Below are positions 6,453 to 15,389 of a DNA stretch of 64,000 nt, in pieces (the stretch's first letter is position 1; each line of letters starts with the position of its first letter). The position numbers were made by a program, and so were the translations under genes. This stretch comes from an uncultured Collinsella sp. (GTDB lineage: Bacteria > Actinomycetota > Coriobacteriia > Coriobacteriales > Coriobacteriaceae). The stretch lies in NCBI GenBank assembly GCA_958420205.1, contig CATZIX010000007.1, positions 63,490 through 127,489 of the forward strand. The letters are read 5' to 3'. Under the pieces are notes generated by a model. That model saw only the letters and a program-made list of their open reading frames with translations, made no database searches and was not told the DNA's origin.

Positions 6453-9323
6453 TCACGCTCCCTGTGCGGCAAGCGCCGCGGTCAGGACGATACCGGCGAT
6501 CTTGGCGGCCTTGACGTCATGCTTGTCGAAATCCTCCAAGGCCACCGAGATGGCGACCGTGGGTGAATCGTAAGGTGCAAAGCCAACGAACATAGAGTTG
6601 ACGTTGGTGCCGCCGGTCTCGGCCGAGCCGGTCTTGCCGGCGACCTTGACGCCGGGGATCTGGGCATCGGTGCCGGTGCCGGACTGGACGACGGCAAGCA
6701 TGGCCTGCTTGACCTGGTCGGCCGTGGCGGAGCTGACGGCCTGCCCCAGCGAGCGGGACTGCGTGGTCTTGACCACGGTTCCGTCCGGGGCAAGTACCTG
6801 GGCTACAAAGTACGGGTCCATGACCACGCCACTGTTGGCGATGGCGGCGGCAATCACGGCGTTTTGCATGACGGTGGTCTGCGGTCCGGGCGTGTGGTCC
6901 ATGCCGACAGGCTGGCCGGCGCCGGCCCAGGCGGTCTCCCACTCGGTCATGAGTGACGGGTCGGCCATGATGGAGGCCGCGGAGGTCAGGTCCTGGCCGA
7001 GCTTTTGGCCGTAGCCAAAGGCGTTGGCAAACTGTACGAGCGTGTTTGCGCCAACTTCGTTTGCCACCTGGCCAAAGACGACGTTGGAGGACACGGCAAA
7101 GGCCTGCTGCAGGCTGATGGTGCCGTAGCTCTCGTTGGCATAGTTGGTGACCGGTGCGTTGCCGATGTCCATGGAGCCGGGCGCCTGGTAGGTGCTGGTA
7201 AGGCTGGCGGTACCGGTCTCGAGTGCCGCGGAAAGCGTAACGACCTTAAACGTTGAGCCCGGCGTGTACAGCGCGTCCATGGCGCGATTGTACATGGAGC
7301 CGTCCTCGCCGCCGCCCGTCTGCAGCAGGGCATCGATGTTGGTGTTGTCGTAGGTGGGCGAGCTGGCACATGCGAGCACCGCGCCGGTACGCGGGTCGAT
7401 GACCACTACAGCGCCCTTAAAGCCCTTGAGTGCCTGCTCGGCCGCCGTCTGGATGCGCGAGTCGATGGTGAGCTTGGCGGTGTTGCCCGGCTGGGTCTGG
7501 CCCGCGAGCGACGCGATGGCGTTGTTCCAGCTGGAGTAGTCCTTAGAACCGGTGAGCGTGTCGTTCATGACGCTCTCGATGGCGGTGGTGCCATACTGCT
7601 GGCTCACGTAGCCAACCACGTGCGCTGCCAGGTTACCGTTGGGGTAGGAGCGTACGTAGGTGCCGTCCTCCTGCTGCAGCGACTCGGCCAGCGTCACGCC
7701 GTCGGACGTGATGATGGAGCCGCGCTGGATGTACTTGGAGCGGGCGATGGTGTGGTTGTTGGTCGGCATGTCCTGATAGTCCTTGGCCTTAATGACCTGG
7801 ACATAGGTGAGGTTGCCGATAAGGATGGCGAACAGCGCCGTAAAGGCGAGCACCGCACGGGTTAGACGGTTGGCGAGCGCAACGCGGCCGAGCACACCGG
7901 ATTCAGGCGTGTCGAGCAGGCGACGGCGCATGCGCGAGCCGACGGAATGGCTGCCGCTGCCGTAGGAAGACGAGGTGGCAAAGCGCGTGCCCGTCGGGGC
8001 GGCGGAAGATGCGACCTGATCATCGGTGATGGCGGCCATGGTGCCGGTGCCGGTAAGCTCGGCCTCGCGTCCGGTCGCCTCGTCACCGGCGCGCAGCAGG
8101 AGCGCGACGATGATGAAGCTCGCCAGCAGCGAGGAGCCGCCCTGGCTCATAAAGGGCAGGGTGACGCCGGTCAGCGGGATCAGGCGGGTTACGCCGCCAA
8201 CGATCAAAAAGGCCTGGAAGCTGATGGCTGCCGTAAGACCGGTGGCGCTAAAGGCGGCGAGGTCGGATTTAGCGCGGGCAGCCGTGGTGAGGCCACGCAC
8301 GGCAAAGAGCATAAACAGGATGAGCACGGCGCCGCCGCCCAAAAGGCCCATCTCCTCGCCGATAGCCGAGAAGATAAAGTCGGACTCGACGACAGGGATG
8401 TTGTTGGCCATGCCATTGCCGATGCCAACACCGACCAGACCGCCATCGGCAAGCGAGAAGAGCGACTGGACGATCTGGTAGCCCTGGCCCTGGGCGTCCT
8501 TAAACGGATCGACCCAAACCTGGAAACGCACCTGAACGTGCGATAGGAACTTGTAGGCGCCCACGGCTCCGACAGCTAAGAGCGCAAGGCCGATGACGAC
8601 ATACGAAAAGCGCCCCGTGGCAACGTAGAGCATCAGCAAGAAGATGGTGTAGAACAGCACGGCCGAACCCAGATCGCGTTCGAAGACGACGACGAGCAGG
8701 CACACACCCCACACGGCAAACAGCGGCAGCAGCAGTCGCAGACGAGGGATCTTAAAGCCCAGGATCTTGCGGTTGGAGATGGAGAGCAACTCGCGGTTCT
8801 CGGCTAGGTAGCCGGCCAGGAACAGGACGATAAAGACCTTGGCGAACTCGCCGGGCTGGATGGTAAAGCCCGCGATGCGAATCCACAGCTTGGAGCCCGA
8901 GATCGTGGTGCCGATAAAGATAGGCAGCATCAGCAGGATGATGCCGATAATGCCAAAGGTGTACTTGTAGCGCATGACCACGTCGAGGTTTTTGACTAGT
9001 GCAAGCGTTCCCACCATGAGCGCCACCGAGACAAACAGGATGATGAGCTGTGAGATGGCGAGAGCGGGGGCGAGACGCGTCACGAACGTGATGCCGATGC
9101 CCGAAAGTATAAATACGATGGGCAGGATGGCGGGGTCGGCACCGGGCGCCAAGATGCGCACGGCAATGTGGGCCGCGGCAAAGGCGGCAAAGAGGCCGAT
9201 CGGTACGGCGAGCGTCTCAAAGGAGATGGCAGCGCCCGCGGTGAGGACGTACATCGCATACAGCAGGATGACGGGGAACGCCGAGGCGATGAGCAAGAGC
9301 AGCTCGGTGTTGCGGCGACTCAT
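6453..9323 (-). CDS. in-frame fusion of a SEDS glycosyltransferase (RodA/FtsW) and a class B penicillin-binding transpeptidase (PbpA)
   Basis: The N-terminal ~440 aa is polytopic SEDS (QPGEFAKV, DFIFSAIGEEMG, LPFMSQGGSS). After a linker and a TM helix, the PBP motifs STFK, SSN and KTGS appear. There is no stop between the two parts. Start is ATG 9323 (AAGGGAG RBS) or GTG 9332. Confidence 0.85.
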   Translation of the reverse strand: MSRRNTELLLLIASAFPVILLYAMYVLTAGAAISFETLAVPIGLFAAFAAAHIAVRILAPGADPAILPIVFILSGIGITFVTRLAPALAISQLIILFVSVALMVGTLALVKNLDVVMRYKYTFGIIGIILLMLPIFIGTTISGSKLWIRIAGFTIQPGEFAKVFIVLFLAGYLAENRELLSISNRKILGFKIPRLRLLLPLFAVWGVCLLVVVFERDLGSAVLFYTIFLLMLYVATGRFSYVVIGLALLAVGAVGAYKFLSHVQVRFQVWVDPFKDAQGQGYQIVQSLFSLADGGLVGVGIGNGMANNIPVVESDFIFSAIGEEMGLLGGGAVLILFMLFAVRGLTTAARAKSDLAAFSATGLTAAISFQAFLIVGGVTRLIPLTGVTLPFMSQGGSSLLASFIIVALLLRAGDEATGREAELTGTGTMAAITDDQVASSAAPTGTRFATSSSYGSGSHSVGSRMRRRLLDTPESGVLGRVALANRLTRAVLAFTALFAILIGNLTYVQVIKAKDYQDMPTNNHTIARSKYIQRGSIITSDGVTLAESLQQEDGTYVRSYPNGNLAAHVVGYVSQQYGTTAIESVMNDTLTGSKDYSSWNNAIASLAGQTQPGNTAKLTIDSRIQTAAEQALKGFKGAVVVIDPRTGAVLACASSPTYDNTNIDALLQTGGGEDGSMYNRAMDALYTPGSTFKVVTLSAALETGTASLTSTYQAPGSMDIGNAPVTNYANESYGTISLQQAFAVSSNVVFGQVANEVGANTLVQFANAFGYGQKLGQDLTSAASIMADPSLMTEWETAWAGAGQPVGMDHTPGPQTTVMQNAVIAAAIANSGVVMDPYFVAQVLAPDGTVVKTTQSRSLGQAVSSATADQVKQAMLAVVQSGTGTDAQIPGVKVAGKTGSAETGGTNVNSMFVGFAPYDSPTVAISVALEDFDKHDVKAAKIAGIVLTAALAAQGA

Positions 9324-9339
9324 AAGCGGCACTCCCTTT

Positions 9340-11139
9340 CTAATTCTTATCGGAGGCTTCGGCCTCGGCGGACTGTTCGGCGGTTTTCTCGGAATCTGAT
9401 TCGGAGGTCGATCCCTGATTGGTGTTGTCGCGAATCGTTTGCGCGTCGATCACCTGGCGGGTCTGCTCCTCGTCGATCTGGTGGCGGTACTTGGATATCG
9501 TGTCCTGCGCATCGTCGACACTTGTTTGCGGAATGCCCGCCTTGAGGCGGTTTTGCGTGTCTTCGGGCAGGTCGGACAGCTTGATGCTGGTTTCGCTTTC
9601 GAGCCAGTGGAGCTTGAGTCCGAGTGGCTCGCCGGGCAGGCCGCGCCAGACGGCGACATTGCCCTGGTAGGTACCCAGGTAGTACGAGCCGGTGACACCC
9701 GTGTAGGCCCAGATGCCAGCTGCCAGCACAAAGACGAGGGCCAGGATGGCGGCGATAGTAACGTTGCGGCGACGCACGCGTTGCGCCTCGCGCATGACGC
9801 CATCGTCAACCAGGTCAACGACTACTACGGTCACGTTGTCGTGGCCGCCGGCGGCAAGCGCCGCGTCCACTAGGTTGTCGACGCAGATTTGCGCGGTTGA
9901 GGACTGCGTGGCGATGTTCTCGATATCGCTATCGGGAATCATGCTCGAAAGGCCGTCAGAGCACAGGATCAGACGGTCGCCTTCCTCGATATGCAGAGTG
10001 AAGTGGTCGGCATACATGGCGGGGTCCGAGCCCAGCGCACGGGTGATGACCGAACGGTTGGGGTGGACGCGAGCCTCGTCTGCCGTAATCTCGCCGGCGT
10101 CCACGAGTTCTTCCACATAGGAGTGGTCGCGGGTCACGCGGATGAGCGTGCCCTCGTGGAGCAGGTAGGCGCGCGAGTCGCCCACGTGGGCGATGGCGAG
10201 CGTGTCGTTTTCGATATAGGCGCAAGTGGCTGTGCAGCCCATGCCGGGCTTGCCCAGGCCGTTCAGGGCCGCCTCGATTACGGCGGCGTTGGCTGCCTCG
10301 ACGGCTGCGGCCAGGCGTGCTGCGTCGGCGGACTGTGGGGCCGTCTTGGCTATAGTCTCGACAGCGATAGAAGAGGCTACCTCGCCGGCGGCGTGACCAC
10401 CCATGCCGTCGCATACGCAAAAGAGCGGCGACTGCACCAGGTAGGAATCCTCATTGTGCGGGCGCACGCAGCCAACGTCGGAGCGGGCGCCCCACATGAG
10501 TTGCGTGGTGGTGCCGGCATCATAGGTCGAGTCGGTCTCGATGCGCTCCTCGGTCAGGGGCTCAAAGCTCATGGTCGAGCCGGGGTCTTTGAGCTTGGCC
10601 TCAACGGCGGCAACGTCGATTTCGGCTGTGTCACCGGGAGAGACGGTGTCGGTCTCGGCGTTTGATTCGGAATCACCGGTGTCCGGGGAGTCGGGCTCCT
10701 CGGAAACGCGGGCGGTCGACTCGTCGTCTTGCAGGCTGACGTCTATAGGCTCGGGCGCCGGCGTAGACGCGGGCGCAACCTCGGATGCCGGGGCTATGGG
10801 AAACGCCGGCGCGGCGGGCTCGGGTGCCGCAAACACCGCAGCGCTCTCGTTGATTGCCGCGGCGACGGGCTCTGCAAAGTGAGCCGGCGCCGGGGCTGCT
10901 TCGGGCGCTGTGGGCTGTTCCGCAGCATGTGCGCCGATGGGCGCCGCTGCGGCATCCTCTTCGTCCTCGTTATCGGCGAGATCCGAAATATCATGCGTTA
11001 CATGCGAAAGAGGCAGGGAGAACACGGTGTCCTCGGGTTCCACGGGTGCGGAGCCCGCCGGAGCGGCGTGGGCCGGTGCAGCTGCGGCGGCAGCCGGTGC
11101 CTCGGTCATGGTTGCGGACTTGTTCTCCTCGTCGATCAT
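9340..11139 (-). CDS. pstP: PP2C-family Ser/Thr phosphatase PstP with a long acidic/Ala-Pro-rich N-terminal extension, a TM helix and an extracytoplasmic tail
   Basis: PP2C motifs are RPHNEDS, CDGMGGHAAGE and DGLS...GGHDN. TM helix is VTIAAILALVFVLAAGIW. The ATG overlaps the fhaB stop (ATGA). Confidence 0.85.
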   Translation of the reverse strand: MIDEENKSATMTEAPAAAAAAPAHAAPAGSAPVEPEDTVFSLPLSHVTHDISDLADNEDEEDAAAAPIGAHAAEQPTAPEAAPAPAHFAEPVAAAINESAAVFAAPEPAAPAFPIAPASEVAPASTPAPEPIDVSLQDDESTARVSEEPDSPDTGDSESNAETDTVSPGDTAEIDVAAVEAKLKDPGSTMSFEPLTEERIETDSTYDAGTTTQLMWGARSDVGCVRPHNEDSYLVQSPLFCVCDGMGGHAAGEVASSIAVETIAKTAPQSADAARLAAAVEAANAAVIEAALNGLGKPGMGCTATCAYIENDTLAIAHVGDSRAYLLHEGTLIRVTRDHSYVEELVDAGEITADEARVHPNRSVITRALGSDPAMYADHFTLHIEEGDRLILCSDGLSSMIPDSDIENIATQSSTAQICVDNLVDAALAAGGHDNVTVVVVDLVDDGVMREAQRVRRRNVTIAAILALVFVLAAGIWAYTGVTGSYYLGTYQGNVAVWRGLPGEPLGLKLHWLESETSIKLSDLPEDTQNRLKAGIPQTSVDDAQDTISKYRHQIDEEQTRQVIDAQTIRDNTNQGSTSESDSEKTAEQSAEAEASDKN

Positions 11140-11552
11140 CGACGGTTCACCTTCATGACCACGTCGCCAATCTGGACTTCGTCGCCCTCACGCAGCGTCG
11201 CGGGCTCCACGAGCTGGCGGCCGTTGACGAGCGTGCCGTTAAGCGAGTTGAGGTCCTCGATGATGAGCGCCGGGCCCTGCAGCGAAAAGCGCGCATGCGA
11301 GGCCGAGACAAACGGCTCGTTGATGCAGATGTCCGAAGATGGCGAGCGACCGACGATGACGGGGCCGAGCATGTCTACGTGGATGCCGCGGATACCGCGC
11401 GGACCCTTGTCCACATCAATCGTCCAGATAGCCGAGTCGCGGCGCTGCCCGCGCACAAGTCCCACGCCGGTCTTCATGACGGCGAACAGGAAGATATAGA
11501 GCAGGGCGACCAGGACGATGCGGCCTGCAAAAAGGACGATATCGATGTTCAT
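11136..11552 (-). CDS. fhaB: FHA-domain protein FhaB (N-terminal TM helix plus FHA)
   Basis: 138 aa. The FHA core is VGRSPSSDICINEPFVSASHARF...DLNSLNGTLVNG. Confidence 0.85.
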   Translation of the reverse strand: MNIDIVLFAGRIVLVALLYIFLFAVMKTGVGLVRGQRRDSAIWTIDVDKGPRGIRGIHVDMLGPVIVGRSPSSDICINEPFVSASHARFSLQGPALIIEDLNSLNGTLVNGRQLVEPATLREGDEVQIGDVVMKVNRR

Positions 11553-11558
11553 AAGCGA

Positions 11559-12572
11559 CTATCCCCTAAATTCAAAGGTACTCAGGCCAAACGTCAGCAG
11601 ATCGCCGTTGCGCAGCGGGCAGCGCGTAATGCGGCGGTTGTTGACGAGCGTGCCGTTGGTGGAATTGAGGTCCTCGATCGACCAATCCGAGCCCGTAAAG
11701 GTGAGCTGGGCGTGGCGGCGCGACACGTTGGGGTCGCGCAGGGCAATGTCGGAAACTGAGCGCTCGCGACCGATGGTCACCTGTGCGGAGGTGATGCTAT
11801 GGCTCTCGCCGCTCACGACGTCGACGAGCTGGGCGAGCGGGCGCTGCGGGGCGCGAGTGTTCGCCATGTTGGAGGCGATGCCGGCTGCGGCGCCTAGGCC
11901 CACGGCGGCACCGGTCGCGGCGGCTCCGCCCATGCCGGCAAGCGCGTCGCGCGAGACGGTCTGCGGCACTGGGATGGGTGCGGCGGCGGGGTCGGGGACG
12001 CTAGGCGCGAAGGGGTCTGCCACGGCAAGCGGGTCGGGAGCGGCGGCGCGAGGCGTCGGCTGCTGCTGGGGCATGGCGGCGGGGCGCTGCTGCTGCGGGG
12101 CAGCAAACTGCTGCTGGCCGGCGCGCGGGGCGCTGGCGGCACGGCTTGCCGCGGAGTTGTTCTGGCCCAGGCCGTTTTGATAGGCGCGCTCTTCTTCGTA
12201 CAGACGGCCGAGCGTGGGGGCATCGACGTTCTCGGCAAAGACCGAGAACTTGCCGGCGCGCAGCTGCGGATCGATCATAAAGCGCACGAGGGGCTCGCCG
12301 ACAAAGACATAGCGGCGCTTTTCGGCCTGTGCCTTCACAAACTCGCGGACCTCGCGCGAAAGCTCGGGGTAGAACGGGGCGAGCATGGGATCGTCGTCGG
12401 CGGCGATAAGGATGGTATAGAGTGCCGGCGCCGTGTTGACGCCGTTGATCACCAGAGTCTGATCCTCCATGTCGCGAGCGGCCTGCTTGGCAAGCTTCTT
12501 AAAGGAGAACGGGGCACGGGTGGCACCGAAGATGCCGGCCACGTGGTCCTCGAAGATGTTCAGGAAGTTCAC
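11559..12572 (-). CDS. fhaA: FhaA (DUF3662-type N-terminal domain, Q/P/A-rich linker, C-terminal FHA)
   Basis: The N-terminus FEDHVAGIF...FKKLAKQAARDME is typical of FhaA. The C-terminus is IGRERSVSDIALRDPNVSRRHAQL...DLNSTNGTLVN. The GTG start overlaps the upstream kinase stop. Confidence 0.85.
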   Translation of the reverse strand: MNFLNIFEDHVAGIFGATRAPFSFKKLAKQAARDMEDQTLVINGVNTAPALYTILIAADDDPMLAPFYPELSREVREFVKAQAEKRRYVFVGEPLVRFMIDPQLRAGKFSVFAENVDAPTLGRLYEEERAYQNGLGQNNSAASRAASAPRAGQQQFAAPQQQRPAAMPQQQPTPRAAAPDPLAVADPFAPSVPDPAAAPIPVPQTVSRDALAGMGGAAATGAAVGLGAAAGIASNMANTRAPQRPLAQLVDVVSGESHSITSAQVTIGRERSVSDIALRDPNVSRRHAQLTFTGSDWSIEDLNSTNGTLVNNRRITRCPLRNGDLLTFGLSTFEFRG

Positions 12573-14422
12573 GAAAGATCACTCTCCGTATAGGTTCTTT
12601 GGTATCCGAGCAAATATAGGCATATTCCAACGATTATAGAGGATAGGGTTCCCGCAACCGCCGCCTTGGCGACGACCGCGGCTGCAAGGCTGGCAATTTC
12701 CATATGGTGTGCAAGACAGGACGCCGCTGCGCAGCCGATACCGGTGACAGCGATGGCGGCGATTGCGGCAAGGTTTGAGCCCTGGTCGGCACGCTTGACA
12801 TGGGCATTGAGCAGCGCGGATGATGCTGCGGCAGTTGCCGCGACCAGCACAAAGGCAGTCCAAAGGAGCGGATCTCCCAGCGCTGCGGCAACGTTACCGA
12901 GCCCCAGCACGCCTCCGGCTGAAAGCGCGACCGTGGCCAGACGGGCAAAAAGCGCGCCCATGCCCGTTGCCGCGGCGGCGCTTGCCGGGCCGAGCCAAAA
13001 TGACGCGACGCTGGCGGCGACCCCAGCTGCCAGGAAGGTATTGCCGGTCAGACAGCCAAGCGCGAGCGCACAGGTGAGCGCGGCGCTCGCGGCAGCCTCG
13101 GTACGACCCCAGGCGACCCACCAACCGGACATGGCGGCGGCAAAGATCACCGCGACCGGCAACATCGACAGGATGCCCTGTGCCTGCATGGTGGCGTTGG
13201 CCATGAGCACCAAAAAGCCCACAGCCGAGATGGCCGAGCCAATCTGGGGGGCCAGGCCAGCCGCCGCGCCGATCGCGATGGCCGCAATGACCAGGCCGGG
13301 AAGCGCCGCGACCCCGGCCGTTTGCATCAGCAAAAAGCTAAAGGTGCCGCACGTTAGCGCCGAGATAATGCGCATGGTGTAGTCGCGCGCATGGCTCCAG
13401 CGCGTGCCCGCCCAGCCGAGTGCGGGGTCGACCTCGATGGCGTCGTCCTCGTAGTGCGACGGCTCGATACCGCCGAGCTCCTGCTCGTCATCCGAAAGCT
13501 CGCCAACCATTTGCTCCAGGCTGCGACGGCCCTCGCGCACGCTGCCCAGACCGGCAAGGAGCTGGTCGCAAAATGCCTCGATGCTGTTGGGGCGGTCCTG
13601 CGGCATGGGGGAGAGCGCGCTCATGAGCGCGGCCTCGGCTCCCGGGGGAAAGTGTGGTATCAGCTCGCTGGGATAGGTGGCGCCGCCGATGATGCGGTTG
13701 AGCGAGTCGGCGGGCGTGGCCGCCATAAAGGGAGCGCTGCCGCACAGGCCCTCGTAGATCACACAGGCGAGGGCAAAGACATCGGCGCGTTCGTCGACCG
13801 TGCCGGTCTCGATATCGAGCTGCTCGGGCGGCATGTAGCCGATGGTGCCGCCTCGCGAGCCGCCAAAGCCACCGGCGGACGACAGTCGCGCCATGCCAAA
13901 GTCGGTGAGCTTTACATTGCCCGAGTGGTCGATGAGCACGTTGGCGGGCTTAATGTCCAGGTGGAGTACGCCATTACTATGGGCGAAGGTGAGCGCCTGG
14001 CCCAGGGCATCGGCAATGGCTGCGGCCTCGTCAAAGGTAAGTGAGTGGCCGTCCACGCGGTGCAAAAACTCGGCCAGCGACATGCCATCGACATATTCCA
14101 TAACCAGGTAGGCATAGGCTGTGTCGTGCGTAAAGTCGATAACCTGCACGATATTGGGATGTTGAAGCATAGCGGCGGTGTGCGCCTCGCGCAGGACATC
14201 CATGATGTCGCTGGCGGGCATGCCGGCACCGTTGATAAGGGGGATGCGTTTAATGGCGACGCGGCGGCGCAGGTGCGTGTCGCGGCAGATCTCGATGGAG
14301 CCAAAACCGCCGGTCGCAAGTGTCTCGAGCGGCTGGTACCGCTTGAGCAGCTCGCGAGAGCTGGTGCCCTCCAAAGGAACGTCCGGCGAGAACCGGGCGG
14401 TATGTTGCGAGAAAAGCGGCAT
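12569..14422 (-). CDS. Hanks-type Ser/Thr kinase with a polytopic Ala/Gly-rich membrane C-terminal half
   Basis: Kinase motifs are GGFGSI, VAIKRI, HLDIKPAN (non-RD) and DFGMA. About 270 C-terminal residues form multiple hydrophobic helices. ATG 14422 has a GAGGG RBS; the track start is TTG 14428. Confidence 0.8.
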   Translation of the reverse strand: MPLFSQHTARFSPDVPLEGTSSRELLKRYQPLETLATGGFGSIEICRDTHLRRRVAIKRIPLINGAGMPASDIMDVLREAHTAAMLQHPNIVQVIDFTHDTAYAYLVMEYVDGMSLAEFLHRVDGHSLTFDEAAAIADALGQALTFAHSNGVLHLDIKPANVLIDHSGNVKLTDFGMARLSSAGGFGGSRGGTIGYMPPEQLDIETGTVDERADVFALACVIYEGLCGSAPFMAATPADSLNRIIGGATYPSELIPHFPPGAEAALMSALSPMPQDRPNSIEAFCDQLLAGLGSVREGRRSLEQMVGELSDDEQELGGIEPSHYEDDAIEVDPALGWAGTRWSHARDYTMRIISALTCGTFSFLLMQTAGVAALPGLVIAAIAIGAAAGLAPQIGSAISAVGFLVLMANATMQAQGILSMLPVAVIFAAAMSGWWVAWGRTEAAASAALTCALALGCLTGNTFLAAGVAASVASFWLGPASAAAATGMGALFARLATVALSAGGVLGLGNVAAALGDPLLWTAFVLVAATAAASSALLNAHVKRADQGSNLAAIAAIAVTGIGCAAASCLAHHMEIASLAAAVVAKAAVAGTLSSIIVGICLYLLGYQRTYTESDLS

Positions 14423-14566
14423 GGCCAACCCTCGTGCGTTTAAAGTTCGTTTGCGAGCGGCGGGCGCGGAGCCGAGCCGTTCGCGGTGGCATAGATGCTG
14501 CTAGTGTAGCACGCTCGGGCAGATGGCGAGGATAACGGGATGCGAGGCTGCCTGTCTGGCTTGGCC

Positions 14567-15274
14567 TTAGCGCTTCTTCTTGTTCTTTTTCTGCTTGCGC
14601 TTGGTCTCCTGGGGCTTGTCGCCCTGTTTGGCTTCGGCAGCGGCCTTTTCTGCCTTCATCTTCTTGCGCTTGGTCTCGATGCGGAGTTTTTTGTTGATGC
14701 GGGCCTTGAGGAAGGGGCCGAACTGCTCGGCATCGCCACGGACGAAGGTGTCCTTGGGGATCGTCACGCCCTGGTCGGCGAACATGGCCACAAAGATGCG
14801 CTCGCCGTCGAGTACGTGGTCGAGCTTGTCAAACGGGAAGAACTGTGACTTGCCGCTCTTGCCCCAAACCATCAGGCCGTCCTCGTTGGCGGCGACGCGG
14901 CGATAGCGGCCACCCATTGACTCGTCGGCCTCAACGGCGTCGATAAAGTCGCGGGCGAGGGTGTGGTGCAGGTTTTTGCTCCACCAGGCCAAAAAGGCGC
15001 CGAATACGATCAGGACGATGCCAAACTTGATCCAGTTGCCGCCGGCCACCAGCATGCCGATGCCGATGAGCGCGGCAATTGCCGCGGCGACATACAGCGA
15101 GCCGCGACGCCTGGGCGAGGCGACCAGACGGGCGAAGTCGGTGACCAGGTCGTTTTCGTACTGGTACTCGTTGAGGTACAGGATGCCGTCGTCGGCTGCG
15201 GCCTGCTTCTCGAGCGCGACCTCGACCTGGTCGGCTGCTTCGGAGGGAACGAGGTTGCTCTCTGCGTCTGCCAT
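14567..15274 (-). CDS. YcxB-like membrane protein with a Lys-rich C-terminal tail
   Basis: 235 aa with two TM helices (LYVAAAIAALIGIGMLVAGG, FGIVLIVFGAFLAWW). A YcxB-like segment follows, then KKLRIETKRKKMKAEK.... Confidence 0.5.
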   Translation of the reverse strand: MADAESNLVPSEAADQVEVALEKQAAADDGILYLNEYQYENDLVTDFARLVASPRRRGSLYVAAAIAALIGIGMLVAGGNWIKFGIVLIVFGAFLAWWSKNLHHTLARDFIDAVEADESMGGRYRRVAANEDGLMVWGKSGKSQFFPFDKLDHVLDGERIFVAMFADQGVTIPKDTFVRGDAEQFGPFLKARINKKLRIETKRKKMKAEKAAAEAKQGDKPQETKRKQKKNKKKR

Positions 15275-15389
15275 GCTCTTTGGACTCCTATCGCGGCGGG
15301 CTCGCCGTACGGGTTATTATGAATGCAGTATGCCGTGCGACCGCTTGGCCGTCGCGGCAACAAGACTCAGTATACCCGGGGGAGCACCC

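Noticed and set aside
14961-15389. Upstream extension of the dnaX ORF. The same applies to other track ORFs: nifJ 30710, arcC 34886, Rrf2 49757, rbr 51371, rmuC 53789, ABC 55119, nth 57147, mfd 57967.
   Set aside because: In each case an internal ATG with a good Shine-Dalgarno coincides with the start of the conserved family N-terminus. The upstream residues overlap neighbouring genes or intergenic hairpins.
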